Virus record (IMG/VR): IMGVR_UViG_3300043449_000492
Coordinates: 1 to 64,000 of that record
Reading direction: 5' to 3' (one strand)
Length of the DNA stretch: 64,000 nt
From: a virus
Shown here in pieces: positions 15,675 through 25,047 of the stretch (its first letter is position 1; every line of letters starts with the position of its first letter). Under the pieces are notes generated by a model, which saw only the letters and a program-made list of their open reading frames with translations, made no database searches and was not told the DNA's origin. The translations under genes were made by a program, and so were the position numbers.

Positions 15675-16592
15675 ATGACCAAGGCCTTCATTTGTGCAGC
15701 TACAGTAAACAAGTCTGGTGCAGCATTAGACGATGACGAGATTGCATTTCTCAAAGAGACGATGCCATGTGGTGTCATTCTATTCAAGCAAAATTGTAAG
15801 TCTAAAGAACAAGTGAAGGCCTTGGTCGAGAGTGTTAAATCTATTCTCGGACCCAATGCTCTCATTCTTGTTGACCAAGAAGGCGGCAAGATTCAACGTC
15901 TCAAGCCTCCAGTCTGGAAGGCACACCCCGCAGCTAATTCCTTTGTAAAAGAAATACTTCAACAGTCTAATAGATATCCAATGGTCGAATCATCAGCGTA
16001 TGACATGGGAGTTGAACTTGCGGAACTCGGAATTAATGTCGATTGTTTTCCTGTGCTTGATGTTCCTGTGTCTGGGGCTTCTCTCATCATTGGTAGTCGT
16101 GCCTATTCCGACAACCCTGATGAAGTAGCGACACTTGGACGTTGGGCTGCAGTCGGTATGAAAAGGTCAGGCGTTCATCCTGTAATCAAGCATATACCAG
16201 GTCATGGTCGTGCTACGGTTGACTCACATCATGCTCTTCCAATTGTTGATACAGATATTGAAACACTAAAAGAAACAGACTTTGTTCCTTTTGTCTTTAA
16301 TAATGATTGGAAGTTTGGAATGGTGGCTCATGTGGTATATTCCGCTATCGATCCAAAAGAGCCTGCTTCCCAATCTCGTAAGGTTGTCCAGGAAATCATT
16401 CGTGATTATATTGGATTCAAAGGTATTCTAATGACCGATGATCTTACAATGGAAGCACTCAGCGGTTCCTTTGCAGAAAGAGCCAAGAAAGCCATTGACA
16501 GCGGGATCGATATTGTGCTAATATGCAACGATACATTGGAAGACGCTAGACAAGTCGCTTCCGTAGTCCCGGAATTATCCGTCAAGCTATAA
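15675..16592 (+). CDS. nagZ: beta-N-acetylhexosaminidase (GH3)
   Basis: GVILF, VDQEGG, PVLD, KHIPGHG..DSH, MTDDLTM. Confidence 0.92.
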   Translation: MTKAFICAATVNKSGAALDDDEIAFLKETMPCGVILFKQNCKSKEQVKALVESVKSILGPNALILVDQEGGKIQRLKPPVWKAHPAANSFVKEILQQSNRYPMVESSAYDMGVELAELGINVDCFPVLDVPVSGASLIIGSRAYSDNPDEVATLGRWAAVGMKRSGVHPVIKHIPGHGRATVDSHHALPIVDTDIETLKETDFVPFVFNNDWKFGMVAHVVYSAIDPKEPASQSRKVVQEIIRDYIGFKGILMTDDLTMEALSGSFAERAKKAIDSGIDIVLICNDTLEDARQVASVVPELSVKL

Positions 16593-16603
16593 GGAAAAAG
16601 CTA

Positions 16604-16798
16604 ATGAGCAATAAAGACAAATATACAGGCATGAGAGATTTTGATTTTGCTCTAAGCAATAATGTTTATATCTGTGCAGTAGCTGGTGCAGTTCTCGGTG
16701 CTATTCTCGGTTACTGGGCAACAGGTGCAATCGAGATTACAATTGCTTCGGCAATTACATTCTTTGTTCTCTCGGGTATCTTTGGAATGTTCGTATGA
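16604..16798 (+). CDS. small membrane protein
   Basis: two hydrophobic segments. Confidence 0.65.
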   Translation: MSNKDKYTGMRDFDFALSNNVYICAVAGAVLGAILGYWATGAIEITIASAITFFVLSGIFGMFV

Positions 16799-17019
16799 GC
16801 CCCGATGATATCCAAAAGTTTAGTTTAGAGATTGAGGAAATTGTCTATATGAAAGACATACCTTATATCGATGCGGTCATTATGTATTGTGAGCAGTCGA
16901 ACTTTGAAGTAGAAACAGCAGCTAAACTTATCTCAGGCGTCCTCAAATCCAAGATTCAGTTAGAAGCTGAAGAACTACACTTTATCAAGAAAGCAACTAC
17001 CTCCCAACTCCCCATCTAA
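16795..17019 (+). CDS. gp33: late promoter transcription co-activator
   Basis: YIDAVIMYCE...LISGVLKSKIQLEAEELHF...LPI. Confidence 0.9.
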   Translation: MSPDDIQKFSLEIEEIVYMKDIPYIDAVIMYCEQSNFEVETAAKLISGVLKSKIQLEAEELHFIKKATTSQLPI

Positions 17020-17030
17020 TAGGAAATATC

Positions 17031-17915
17031 ATGAGCGAAGTGAAAGCGTTTAATGTGGACGAATCTGCAGCGATTAGTGCTGCAAAAGAAACGCTACAGA
17101 AGGCCGTCATGGCAGGTAGTGTTTATAGATTTAGCTTCTACAATTTTCTAACCGACACATATCATACTGATGCTATAATGACACCCGAAGAGAATACACT
17201 AATGGTTGTCGCTGGTGGCGTTATTCCTTCCATTCTGCTTAAAGAGCAGATCAACGATATCGATGTGTTTATTCTCAAGAAGAATATTGAATTGTTCCGT
17301 AAGCTTATTGACTTTAAGCCTGGTAATTGGACCATTCGTTATTTCTTTGACGAAGACAATGATACTCGTTCGGATGACTATAAGAATCCTCATGTCTTTG
17401 CAACGGCTACAAACAAGGAAACTAAGGTTCAGTATATTCTAACTGACCATGTGGATCGAAAGAGTCTGCTATCGGACTTTGATTATCTACATTCTACAGC
17501 ATCTTATCACGAAGGCTCGTTGTATATCAATCGTGAGACATATGATGCCATCATGAATAAGAAACTGATTCGTCAGCATAAGAATAAGAAGATTCGGGCG
17601 GGTAGAGCAAACAAGTTTATTAGTCGTGGCTGGCAGTCGGAAGAAGATGCGTTGCTAAATTCCCCGATAAAGTCTCTTAAGGATATTCTTACAGATCAAC
17701 TGCATAATCTACGCACTCCTGCTTCTAATCCTGTCACTAAGAAGGAACTGGATGATGGTTGGCAGCAGGCTGCAGCAACAACAGGTTGGCAGAAGAGATA
17801 TGAGAATTTGCTTGCCGATGCTTTGAAGAAAGGCAATACATCTTATGGAACTGATATCACTCTTGATGATCTGTTGGATGATCCCTATGCAGAGATACTT
17901 AAAAAGCCAAAATGA
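17031..17915 (+). CDS. putative nucleotidyltransferase (CCA/poly(A) polymerase-like head)
   Basis: VAGGVIPS...INDIDVF, FDY, RGW motifs. Confidence 0.6.
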   Translation: MSEVKAFNVDESAAISAAKETLQKAVMAGSVYRFSFYNFLTDTYHTDAIMTPEENTLMVVAGGVIPSILLKEQINDIDVFILKKNIELFRKLIDFKPGNWTIRYFFDEDNDTRSDDYKNPHVFATATNKETKVQYILTDHVDRKSLLSDFDYLHSTASYHEGSLYINRETYDAIMNKKLIRQHKNKKIRAGRANKFISRGWQSEEDALLNSPIKSLKDILTDQLHNLRTPASNPVTKKELDDGWQQAAATTGWQKRYENLLADALKKGNTSYGTDITLDDLLDDPYAEILKKPK

Positions 17916-18529
17916 AACACTTTTCTGGATATGGAGCTTATCTGTTGTTCTTGGCCTTGAGAACACATTTCACTAAAGCCAAGTATGACTTCTTTCAGAT
18001 GCATGGCAAACTCCGTGCAAATAAAGAGTCATATCTTAAGCGTAGAGATAAGTCCTTCTTTGAGAGATTGGCTAGAACGTATAATGTGGAAGAACTTAAG
18101 ACATTCTACATCGCAAACTTTCTAGCTGATCGACATTACATAACCGAAATGCTTGACGAAGATGCACACGGAGCGTTTTATGAGCTACAGAAGAGAAACC
18201 AGTCCCTCTCATATATTTTCAAGAATGACCTTGACATTATATTTGAAAATGGGTGTAAATCTGCTTTTGATACTTTCAATGGTGACTACCCTCATATTAT
18301 CAATCTGGTTATGCGTCGAGCTATTGCTATTGAGTCAGCAGCTATTCTAAATGACTTTGTTCCCTATGTGGATAAGTTCAATAAATATCTTGGAGACGAT
18401 GATATTGTGTGGTCGAGAGTTGCTTTGAAACTCCGCAAGTATAGACCGTTCATTCATTATGATGCTGAGAAATTCAAAGCCATCCTAAAGGAGAAGGTCA
18501 ATGAAAACTCTACAGGGAGAAGCATCTGA
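17912..18529 (+). CDS. gp59: helicase loader
   Basis: YLLFLALRTHFT..YDFF, RRDKSFF, ANF, KYRPF; synteny gp33-gp59-gp32. Confidence 0.9.
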   Translation: MKHFSGYGAYLLFLALRTHFTKAKYDFFQMHGKLRANKESYLKRRDKSFFERLARTYNVEELKTFYIANFLADRHYITEMLDEDAHGAFYELQKRNQSLSYIFKNDLDIIFENGCKSAFDTFNGDYPHIINLVMRRAIAIESAAILNDFVPYVDKFNKYLGDDDIVWSRVALKLRKYRPFIHYDAEKFKAILKEKVNENSTGRSI

Positions 18530-18689
18530 TATTCTAAGAGAATGGGTTGACGGACGTTATTGTGTCTTTTATAAATGGGATGGAGAGCGAGCATTTCAGA
18601 TAGAACTATTCGAGAGGGAGACAAAGACAACATTTCTACCGAATGAAGAAACTGAACACTTTTTGGAGATTATTCTGGATCATGAATAA
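18501..18689 (+). CDS. hypothetical protein
   Basis: ORF with SD. Confidence 0.55.
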   Translation: MKTLQGEASDILREWVDGRYCVFYKWDGERAFQIELFERETKTTFLPNEETEHFLEIILDHE

Positions 18690-18939
18690 AGACAAAAGAC
18701 AGAAGAGATTCCAACAAAAGAAACGCCATATGCAGCGTCAGTATGATATCTGGAATGCATATATGAATCGGGATGGAAGACATTATAGAGAACCTCATCG
18801 ATTCCATAAAACACATGCTTTGAATTGTGGAGATCCTAAGTGCGTTATGTGCATGAATCCTCGCAAGTCATTTGGTGAGAAGACATTCCAGGAACGTAGA
18901 TTTGAATGTCTTCCTATAGAAGAACTAAATACACCTTGA
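18682..18939 (+). CDS. small basic Cys-motif protein
   Basis: PHRFHK...CGDPKCVMCMNPRK. Confidence 0.65.
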   Translation: MNKDKRQKRFQQKKRHMQRQYDIWNAYMNRDGRHYREPHRFHKTHALNCGDPKCVMCMNPRKSFGEKTFQERRFECLPIEELNTP

Positions 18940-18964
18940 CAGGAGAGCAATCACCTGTTATGAT
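18924..18964 (+). promoter_or_regulatory. late (ACTAAATA) and sigma70 promoters for gp32
   Basis: ACTAAATA 18924; TTGACA(18936)-17-TATGAT(18959). Confidence 0.7.
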
Positions 18965-19027
18965 ACAAACATTATATAATGATTATGTGGACAAAACAAC
19001 ATACACTGTAATACAAGGAAACATACA

Positions 19028-19975
19028 ATGAACTTTGCAAATCTAAAGAAGCAGTCCTCTAAGTTTGACAATCTCCTTAAGGAAGTTGACAAGCTAAACA
19101 ATCCTACATTCGAGAAGAACGATACCGCCGATCTTTACTGGAAGCCCACTCCAGATAAGACTGGCAACGCTCTTGCGGTCATTCGCTTTCTTCCAGGTCC
19201 AGCAGTCGATGGTGACGAAGCACTTCCGTTCGTTCGTTACTTCGATCATGGCTTCCAGTCAAAGACAACTGGCAAGTGGTATATCGAAAAGTCTCTAACG
19301 ACATTCGATGAAAAGGATCCTGTTTCTGAATATAACTCCCAGCTATGGAATTCTACTCAGGATGATAATGCTCCAGAGCGTAAGCAGGCACGTGACCAAA
19401 AGCGTCGTCTTCATTACGTTTCGGTGATTAAGGTTATCTCTGATCCACAGAACCGTGATGCTGAGGGTAAGGTCTTCTACTTCAAGTATGGTAAGAAGAT
19501 TTTCGACAAGATTACCAAGATGATGAATCCTGATCTTGATTCTGAGCCACGTATCAATCCATTCGATCTTTGGAATGGTGCGAACTTCAAGCTTAAGATG
19601 ACTCGTCAGAACGCCAACATTGGTGGTCGTAACGTAGCATTTCCAAACTATGATGAGTCAGTGTTTCTAACCGCTGGTCCTCTAAGTGATGATGATTCAG
19701 AGCTAGAGACTATCTGGAAGGGTGAGCCTTCACTCAAGGAGCTTATTGATCGTAAGAACTTTAAGACCTATGATGAGCTAAAGCGTAAGCTGGAAGATGT
19801 TCTAGGACATACTGGTTCACGGTCTGCTCCTGCTCCAACTACTCGTAAGGCAGTTGTTGAGGATGATGAAGTGCCGTTCACCGAGTCTAAGCCAATTGCT
19901 AAGAAGCCTGCTCCTGTCGTTGATGACGAAGAGGATGAGGATCTAGCAATGTTTAGAAAGCTTGCTGAAGACTAA
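19028..19975 (+). CDS. gp32: single-stranded DNA-binding protein
   Basis: AVIRFLP, HGFQ..GKWYIE, YGKKIFDKI, PFDLWNGANFKLK, NYDES, acidic tail. Confidence 0.96.
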   Translation: MNFANLKKQSSKFDNLLKEVDKLNNPTFEKNDTADLYWKPTPDKTGNALAVIRFLPGPAVDGDEALPFVRYFDHGFQSKTTGKWYIEKSLTTFDEKDPVSEYNSQLWNSTQDDNAPERKQARDQKRRLHYVSVIKVISDPQNRDAEGKVFYFKYGKKIFDKITKMMNPDLDSEPRINPFDLWNGANFKLKMTRQNANIGGRNVAFPNYDESVFLTAGPLSDDDSELETIWKGEPSLKELIDRKNFKTYDELKRKLEDVLGHTGSRSAPAPTTRKAVVEDDEVPFTESKPIAKKPAPVVDDEEDEDLAMFRKLAED

Positions 19976-19979
19976 GATT

Positions 19980-20007
19980 AAGGCGGGGATCAAACCCCGC
20001 CTTTTTT
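19980..20007 (+). terminator. intrinsic terminator between convergent operons
   Basis: AAGGCGGGG-ATCAAA-CCCCGCCTT + T run. Confidence 0.9.
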
Positions 20008-20010
20008 CTG

Positions 20011-22503
20011 TTATGAGTTGTTACCTCTATTGTGATGATAACCTATCTCTGCACTTCCCGTCTCTCTGCCCTGCGCTCTTGCTGCTACTCTTGCAGCAGA
20101 CGGGCTCTTGAATGGATTAGACGATCCATGTGTTAGAGTATCAAGCCAGTTCGGTTGATCAACAAGAGGTGTTCCTGTTGCCATCTGAGTTGGCTCAGTC
20201 TTTTTAGCTTTGAGACTTGCGAAGTCAGACTTAATGTCTTGAATCGTAGATTGAAACTCTTGCATCATTTCCGTCGGAGTGTCTTGCTTTGCTCCTGCTG
20301 CAATATTTGTTGACTTCTTTTCAGGTGTTACCGTAGCTTTCTTGCTCTCACCGTCTATTGATATATTTTCATCTGTGTTCATTGTGAATAAAGGTTTTTG
20401 TTGAGCATTCACAACAACGGTATTATCTCCCTTAAGATCATTAATCGGATATGCTTTAATCTGATCTGTATTAACTGGAACTGTGCCACCTTCCGCAAGT
20501 GCTTTGACAGGTGTTGCAGGTTCTTTCTTTGCTTCTTTCTGAGGCTCTGGTGCTGGTGTTTTAGGAGCCTCTGGAGCTTTCTCTTTCTTTGCTTCTACAG
20601 TAGGCTTCGGTGCTTCTGGCTCAGGTTTCTTTTCTTCTTTCTTACCAGCTGCATTCTCAGGTCCATCTTTTTGTGTCATTTCTTTTAGTGACTTAATATG
20701 TGTAGCTGCAGTATTGTCCCTGTCATGACGAGTATTTCTTTTATTCTCTGAATCTGGAAGATTTGTTCTTTTTTCAGTTTGAGATACTTGTGGGCCGACA
20801 TTAGTATCACTATTAATCCATGCTTGAGTATGTTCAGGAGCAATACTTCTTCCAATTGAAACTGCTTGCATACTTCTCTCTGACGGTTCTCCTCCCATCA
20901 CAACTCTCATTTTTTCGCCGTTATAATCATTAATATTAACTTTATGAACACGAGGAGGTTGTCCATTAAATTGCTCTAGAATGAGAACTTCTCCTTGATC
21001 ATTCGGTTTGGTTAGAGCAATTCCTGTATGATAGTGACTCTTTCCATCCCAAGTTTTATTAGCTTCAATACCTCCTGGATGGCCGCCGTGACCATTAGGC
21101 CCATATGATGTAGTTGCAATGACGGCACCAGGTTGAATAGCGCCTACATCATCATGAAATTGCCATGTGCTGGCAGCTCCAATATTTGGAGCAAAGTGTT
21201 TACTTAGAGAAGCACATTGTTGATTTTTACCAAACTGTTTTGGAACTTCACCTTTGTATTGTGGAATTGGACCAGCTGCATTCTCTGGGCCATTAGGTTG
21301 AGTTATTCGTGCAAGAGTTCCCATGCGAGACATTTCTTCTTGGGATGCCAAGACATTCTTTCTTTCTTCGAACTGTTCTTTCGTCCAATCTCTTGTAATA
21401 GGATCATTATATGTATTTCTTGCCTGCTCAAGCATGTTCATAAGTTTTTCTGCTCGGGCTTTGCCTCCCATGGCAGCATTTCCAGCAAGACCACCATATG
21501 CACTTGCTCCGCTTGTCATAGGTACTGAAGCAAATTCATGAGCTAAGTCATTAAGTGCAGCTTCTCTATTGTTACTTTTTCCTGTCAAGTATGAGTTTAA
21601 AACGGGTCTCTTCTCTGCTGATATAAGATAACTGAATAGCTTTTCTTGTGTTGCAGCGTCGAATTTGGCATTCGGATCAACTTTTGTATATCTAACGGCA
21701 GCCCTAAGAGTTTCAGGAATGAATTGATACTTACCGACAGCAAAAAATTCACGACTACCACGGCCGCCCGCTTGCATTTGCATAACCTGACCTACTGTGA
21801 GATTTGTTAATGTGTGAGTTCGGGCAGTTGCAGGTGTATCTCCTGCAACTCCTCTATTATAAGCATTGTAATCACCCTCTCCCTTAGCAATCTCAGACTT
21901 TATATTTTCTATTGCTGGTGACGATGTTGAAGATAGAGATTTTTTCACTTCTTCATCACTAACTAGAGGAGCTTCATAATGATATACCGAATTTCCTTTA
22001 TCATCTTTAATAATGCTAATGCCAACTTGTTTTTTAACATCGTCTGGAACATTCTTGAGCCATTTCATTCGCTCATCATCAATGCCAATGTTGCCAGCTT
22101 TTAGATCGTCAAATGCTTTACGTTGTTCTGGAGATAATTGTGGAGGCGGCCTTTCTCCACGACGAGAAACCTGCGTTCTTTGCTCATTAATATCGTCTCT
22201 CCACTTTCTCTTATAACTATGAGAGTTAAAGTTTGAGCCAGCTCCTGCTGCTGTATTTTCAATCTGTTCTTCATACGATCTTTGACGAGCAGCAGAGAGT
22301 GAAGATGGAATAGCTTTAATGAATCCACTAATGTCAGGATGACGGTCAAGATAATATTTAGGAAAGAGTTCGGCAGCTTGTGTTGGAGTGAGCATAGAAA
22401 TAAGAGTCTGACCCATATTAACGTCAGTCGCAGCTTGCATTCTCTCGTTGAGATTTAATCTCTTAAGTGCTTTATAGTTTGCTTGTCTTGCCTGAAATGC
22501 CAT
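20011..22503 (-). CDS. tape-measure/hub-position protein with lysozyme-like and Cys-His amidase-like domains
   Basis: KGEGDYN...AVGKYQFIPETL...EFASVP (lysozyme-like); QCASL...HTGIAL...ILEQF (CHAP/Tae-like); follows gp26-gp51. Confidence 0.7.
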   Translation of the reverse strand: MAFQARQANYKALKRLNLNERMQAATDVNMGQTLISMLTPTQAAELFPKYYLDRHPDISGFIKAIPSSLSAARQRSYEEQIENTAAGAGSNFNSHSYKRKWRDDINEQRTQVSRRGERPPPQLSPEQRKAFDDLKAGNIGIDDERMKWLKNVPDDVKKQVGISIIKDDKGNSVYHYEAPLVSDEEVKKSLSSTSSPAIENIKSEIAKGEGDYNAYNRGVAGDTPATARTHTLTNLTVGQVMQMQAGGRGSREFFAVGKYQFIPETLRAAVRYTKVDPNAKFDAATQEKLFSYLISAEKRPVLNSYLTGKSNNREAALNDLAHEFASVPMTSGASAYGGLAGNAAMGGKARAEKLMNMLEQARNTYNDPITRDWTKEQFEERKNVLASQEEMSRMGTLARITQPNGPENAAGPIPQYKGEVPKQFGKNQQCASLSKHFAPNIGAASTWQFHDDVGAIQPGAVIATTSYGPNGHGGHPGGIEANKTWDGKSHYHTGIALTKPNDQGEVLILEQFNGQPPRVHKVNINDYNGEKMRVVMGGEPSERSMQAVSIGRSIAPEHTQAWINSDTNVGPQVSQTEKRTNLPDSENKRNTRHDRDNTAATHIKSLKEMTQKDGPENAAGKKEEKKPEPEAPKPTVEAKKEKAPEAPKTPAPEPQKEAKKEPATPVKALAEGGTVPVNTDQIKAYPINDLKGDNTVVVNAQQKPLFTMNTDENISIDGESKKATVTPEKKSTNIAAGAKQDTPTEMMQEFQSTIQDIKSDFASLKAKKTEPTQMATGTPLVDQPNWLDTLTHGSSNPFKSPSAARVAARAQGRETGSAEIGYHHNRGNNS

Positions 22504-22729
22504 TATTGTTGTCTTCTCTGTGATTGTCTCATTTGAGCCTTAAGTTCCTGCTCTCTCTGAACTCTTTCTTTTTCTTTTTCTTCTAGATAGTCCTGAAGCA
22601 GTTGAATATAGATATATCTTTCCCAAGGTATCATTTGTTCTAGAGACTCCAAACTCCAATGATGATGCTGCATCAATGCAAAGTTTGTCTTAAACACATT
22701 CTGTAATTTATCATGACCAAGTATTATAG
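22503..22729 (-). CDS. gp51: baseplate hub assembly catalyst (no good own start codon; probably frameshift-fused to gp26)
   Basis: HDKLQNVFKTNFALMQHHHWSLESLEQMIPWERYIY. Confidence 0.85.
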
Positions 22730-23476
22730 AAAAAAATCGAGGAAGTCTGAATACCTCACTGTATGATGATATCCACACTTTGGACAATCCGCTTCAATCT
22801 TCACAACAAATGTAGGAAAGTTATCTACAAATGCTTCTAGTCTCTTATACTTTTCTTCAGTGAGACCTTCAACAAAGTCTTTTAGTTCTTTTGATGAATA
22901 GTCTTTAGCTGAATATATTCCATTCTTATCGTAAATATGTTCGATTGAATTAATAATGATAATGGTCTTCTTATCAATCTCTGGAACGTCATCAAGCTTC
23001 TTCACCAGAGTATAATTCGGATATTTCATCTTTACGCCAGAACTTTTGTCTAGCTTGATATCTGCAGTGACGCTTTCATCTTTAATAATCTCACAATCGC
23101 TAATATTCATCATTGTAGGAAACGTATGACCGCATCTATTTCCATCTTCAAGTGTGTTATTACATGTTAGATTAATCTCGACTGCTTCACCAACTGACTT
23201 AGCTCTTAGAAAGATAAAGAGAAAATCTATATCAAAGAATGGCAGCTTGTCAATATCCACATCTCCAGAAACAATGCAATTATTCAATACTTGCTTAGAT
23301 GTTGTAATCACATCTTCTAGATTATTAGCTTCAGCAGCCATGAGCAAAAGCTTTTCTTCTTTCACTGAAAACGGTCTGACCTTAATCTCTTTTCCACTTG
23401 ATGGTATCTTGACACCGTAGATGGGCACATCAATCTTAGGTAATCGCTTAACATTTGTTTCTTCAATCGGTAACAT
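22724..23476 (-). CDS. gp26: baseplate hub assembly protein
   Basis: LPKIDVP, RPFSVKEEKLLLMA, FLRAKSVGE, MKYP, CPKC. Confidence 0.9.
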   Translation of the reverse strand: MLPIEETNVKRLPKIDVPIYGVKIPSSGKEIKVRPFSVKEEKLLLMAAEANNLEDVITTSKQVLNNCIVSGDVDIDKLPFFDIDFLFIFLRAKSVGEAVEINLTCNNTLEDGNRCGHTFPTMMNISDCEIIKDESVTADIKLDKSSGVKMKYPNYTLVKKLDDVPEIDKKTIIIINSIEHIYDKNGIYSAKDYSSKELKDFVEGLTEEKYKRLEAFVDNFPTFVVKIEADCPKCGYHHTVRYSDFLDFFL

Positions 23477-23491
23477 AATTTAACTCCATAA

Positions 23492-24160
23492 TTATCCCGA
23501 ATTTCTTTGCCAAATATTTGGAATTTGTCCTGGCTCACCTCCCGGTGTAGCGTCTCTTCCTGGTCTTGTCCAGAACTGATAAATGAATGACACTGATAAT
23601 CTCAATACATCATTATCTGCCCATGTGACAGGCTGTGGAGTAACAGTAGCTGGCCATGCGTTTTGTAATGACCACATGTATGTCGCTTTTGGTGCAGTAG
23701 CTCTTAGATCACCTTCCGCTGGGGCCTCAGATAATTGAAATACTTGAATTGTTGCATAATAGTTTTTTGCATATTCAAAATTAAAGTTATTGATTGGATT
23801 AATAATACCCATCCAGTCATCAAACATTTGTCTTTCATAACCTTCAGTTCGGGTAAGAAACGACAATGAAATTTCACCAGAGTATTTCGTATTATGTGGA
23901 ACGACGAGTCCAGGTCCATAGTAACGAGTTTCTGAAACATCAAATGAACGACCAGGAAGTTCTGCAGCATCACAGAGATATGACATTTCATTGAGCATAT
24001 AATTATAGCCCAAGTCTCTTAACTTGTTATTCACACCTGCAGGAAGAATTCGGACATAGTAACGACACTGTTTTGCTAGAGCCCCATAGTTGTCTATGAT
24101 GGCTCTAAAGTTTGTCATCTGCAAATCTTTAGGAGGATTTTCGATCTTAAAAGTTGCCAT
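23492..24160 (-). CDS. gp54: tail tube initiator / tube-like protein
   Basis: LCDAAELPG, FDDW, NAWP, LSVSFIYQFW. Confidence 0.75.
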   Translation of the reverse strand: MATFKIENPPKDLQMTNFRAIIDNYGALAKQCRYYVRILPAGVNNKLRDLGYNYMLNEMSYLCDAAELPGRSFDVSETRYYGPGLVVPHNTKYSGEISLSFLTRTEGYERQMFDDWMGIINPINNFNFEYAKNYYATIQVFQLSEAPAEGDLRATAPKATYMWSLQNAWPATVTPQPVTWADNDVLRLSVSFIYQFWTRPGRDATPGGEPGQIPNIWQRNSG

Positions 24161-24993
24161 TAGTAGCCTTTCTCCACATCGTCTCTATCAATGATTTCCA
24201 TTTCTCTCGTTCGAATTGATAGTAGGGTAGTGACAGGATAACCATTGGTAAATGTTGAGTAGACTCCCTGTGGAGCATATTGCACCGTGACACCTGTGAT
24301 TACTTGTCGTTTCATTTTAATTAAATGTGTGTTAACATTATCTCTAAATCGCATGTCAATTTCTACTTCCGCAGGAGAACGATAAAAAAGACCTTCGTCT
24401 TTTGGTGCGGCATACGTTCTAATCTTTTTAATGATGCTTTCCATCGACTGAGATTCTTTTTCTGATCTTGGAGCAAATAGAAACGCAAAGTCAAATGTTC
24501 TTAGATGAGTTGTCTTATAGAGAACCTGAACACCAGGATTAATAGCTCTACCAGTTGCCGCTGCTGCTCCCTTAGCTGCTTGAAATGCTTTAGCCGATGC
24601 AATCTGATTAGCGAATACGTTTGTCATTGAAATATCTGCATATTCGTGGGTATCTTCAAAAGTTGGAAAGATACCCCCGCCAGCTTCTGTGGGCATGAAT
24701 AGGGCTACATTGTAGTTGTTTTGTGAAAAGCCGCCAGTATTAAAACCGCCATAGTTTGCCTGAATATTATTTCCTTGAGTGTATAGTCTGATCATCATAT
24801 AGTGCATCATATATTCGGCACCAAGATCCTCAGGAAACACATCATAACTAAATCTATAATCTGGTGTGCTATTGAACAAACCTGCGTTAGTCTTTGAAAT
24901 AAGACTGGCAGCGTCTGTTCCAGTTACAACGTCCCGGACTGTGGAAAGTGCATCACTTAAATAACTGGTAAATGTTGATGCTGAATCGACCAT
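24160..24993 (-). CDS. gp48: baseplate tail tube cap
   Basis: INPGVQVLY..LRTFDFAFLFAPRSEKES. Confidence 0.85.
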   Translation of the reverse strand: MVDSASTFTSYLSDALSTVRDVVTGTDAASLISKTNAGLFNSTPDYRFSYDVFPEDLGAEYMMHYMMIRLYTQGNNIQANYGGFNTGGFSQNNYNVALFMPTEAGGGIFPTFEDTHEYADISMTNVFANQIASAKAFQAAKGAAAATGRAINPGVQVLYKTTHLRTFDFAFLFAPRSEKESQSMESIIKKIRTYAAPKDEGLFYRSPAEVEIDMRFRDNVNTHLIKMKRQVITGVTVQYAPQGVYSTFTNGYPVTTLLSIRTREMEIIDRDDVEKGY

Positions 24994-25006
24994 TGATTAT
25001 CCCTTG

Positions 25007-25035
25007 GATAAATAGAAATACTAGATATATTTAGT
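25007..25035. promoter_or_regulatory. pair of opposed late promoters
   Basis: GATAAATA (+, 25007) and ACTAAATA (-, 25028-25035). Confidence 0.65.
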
Positions 25036-25047
25036 AGAGGTGCGTGA

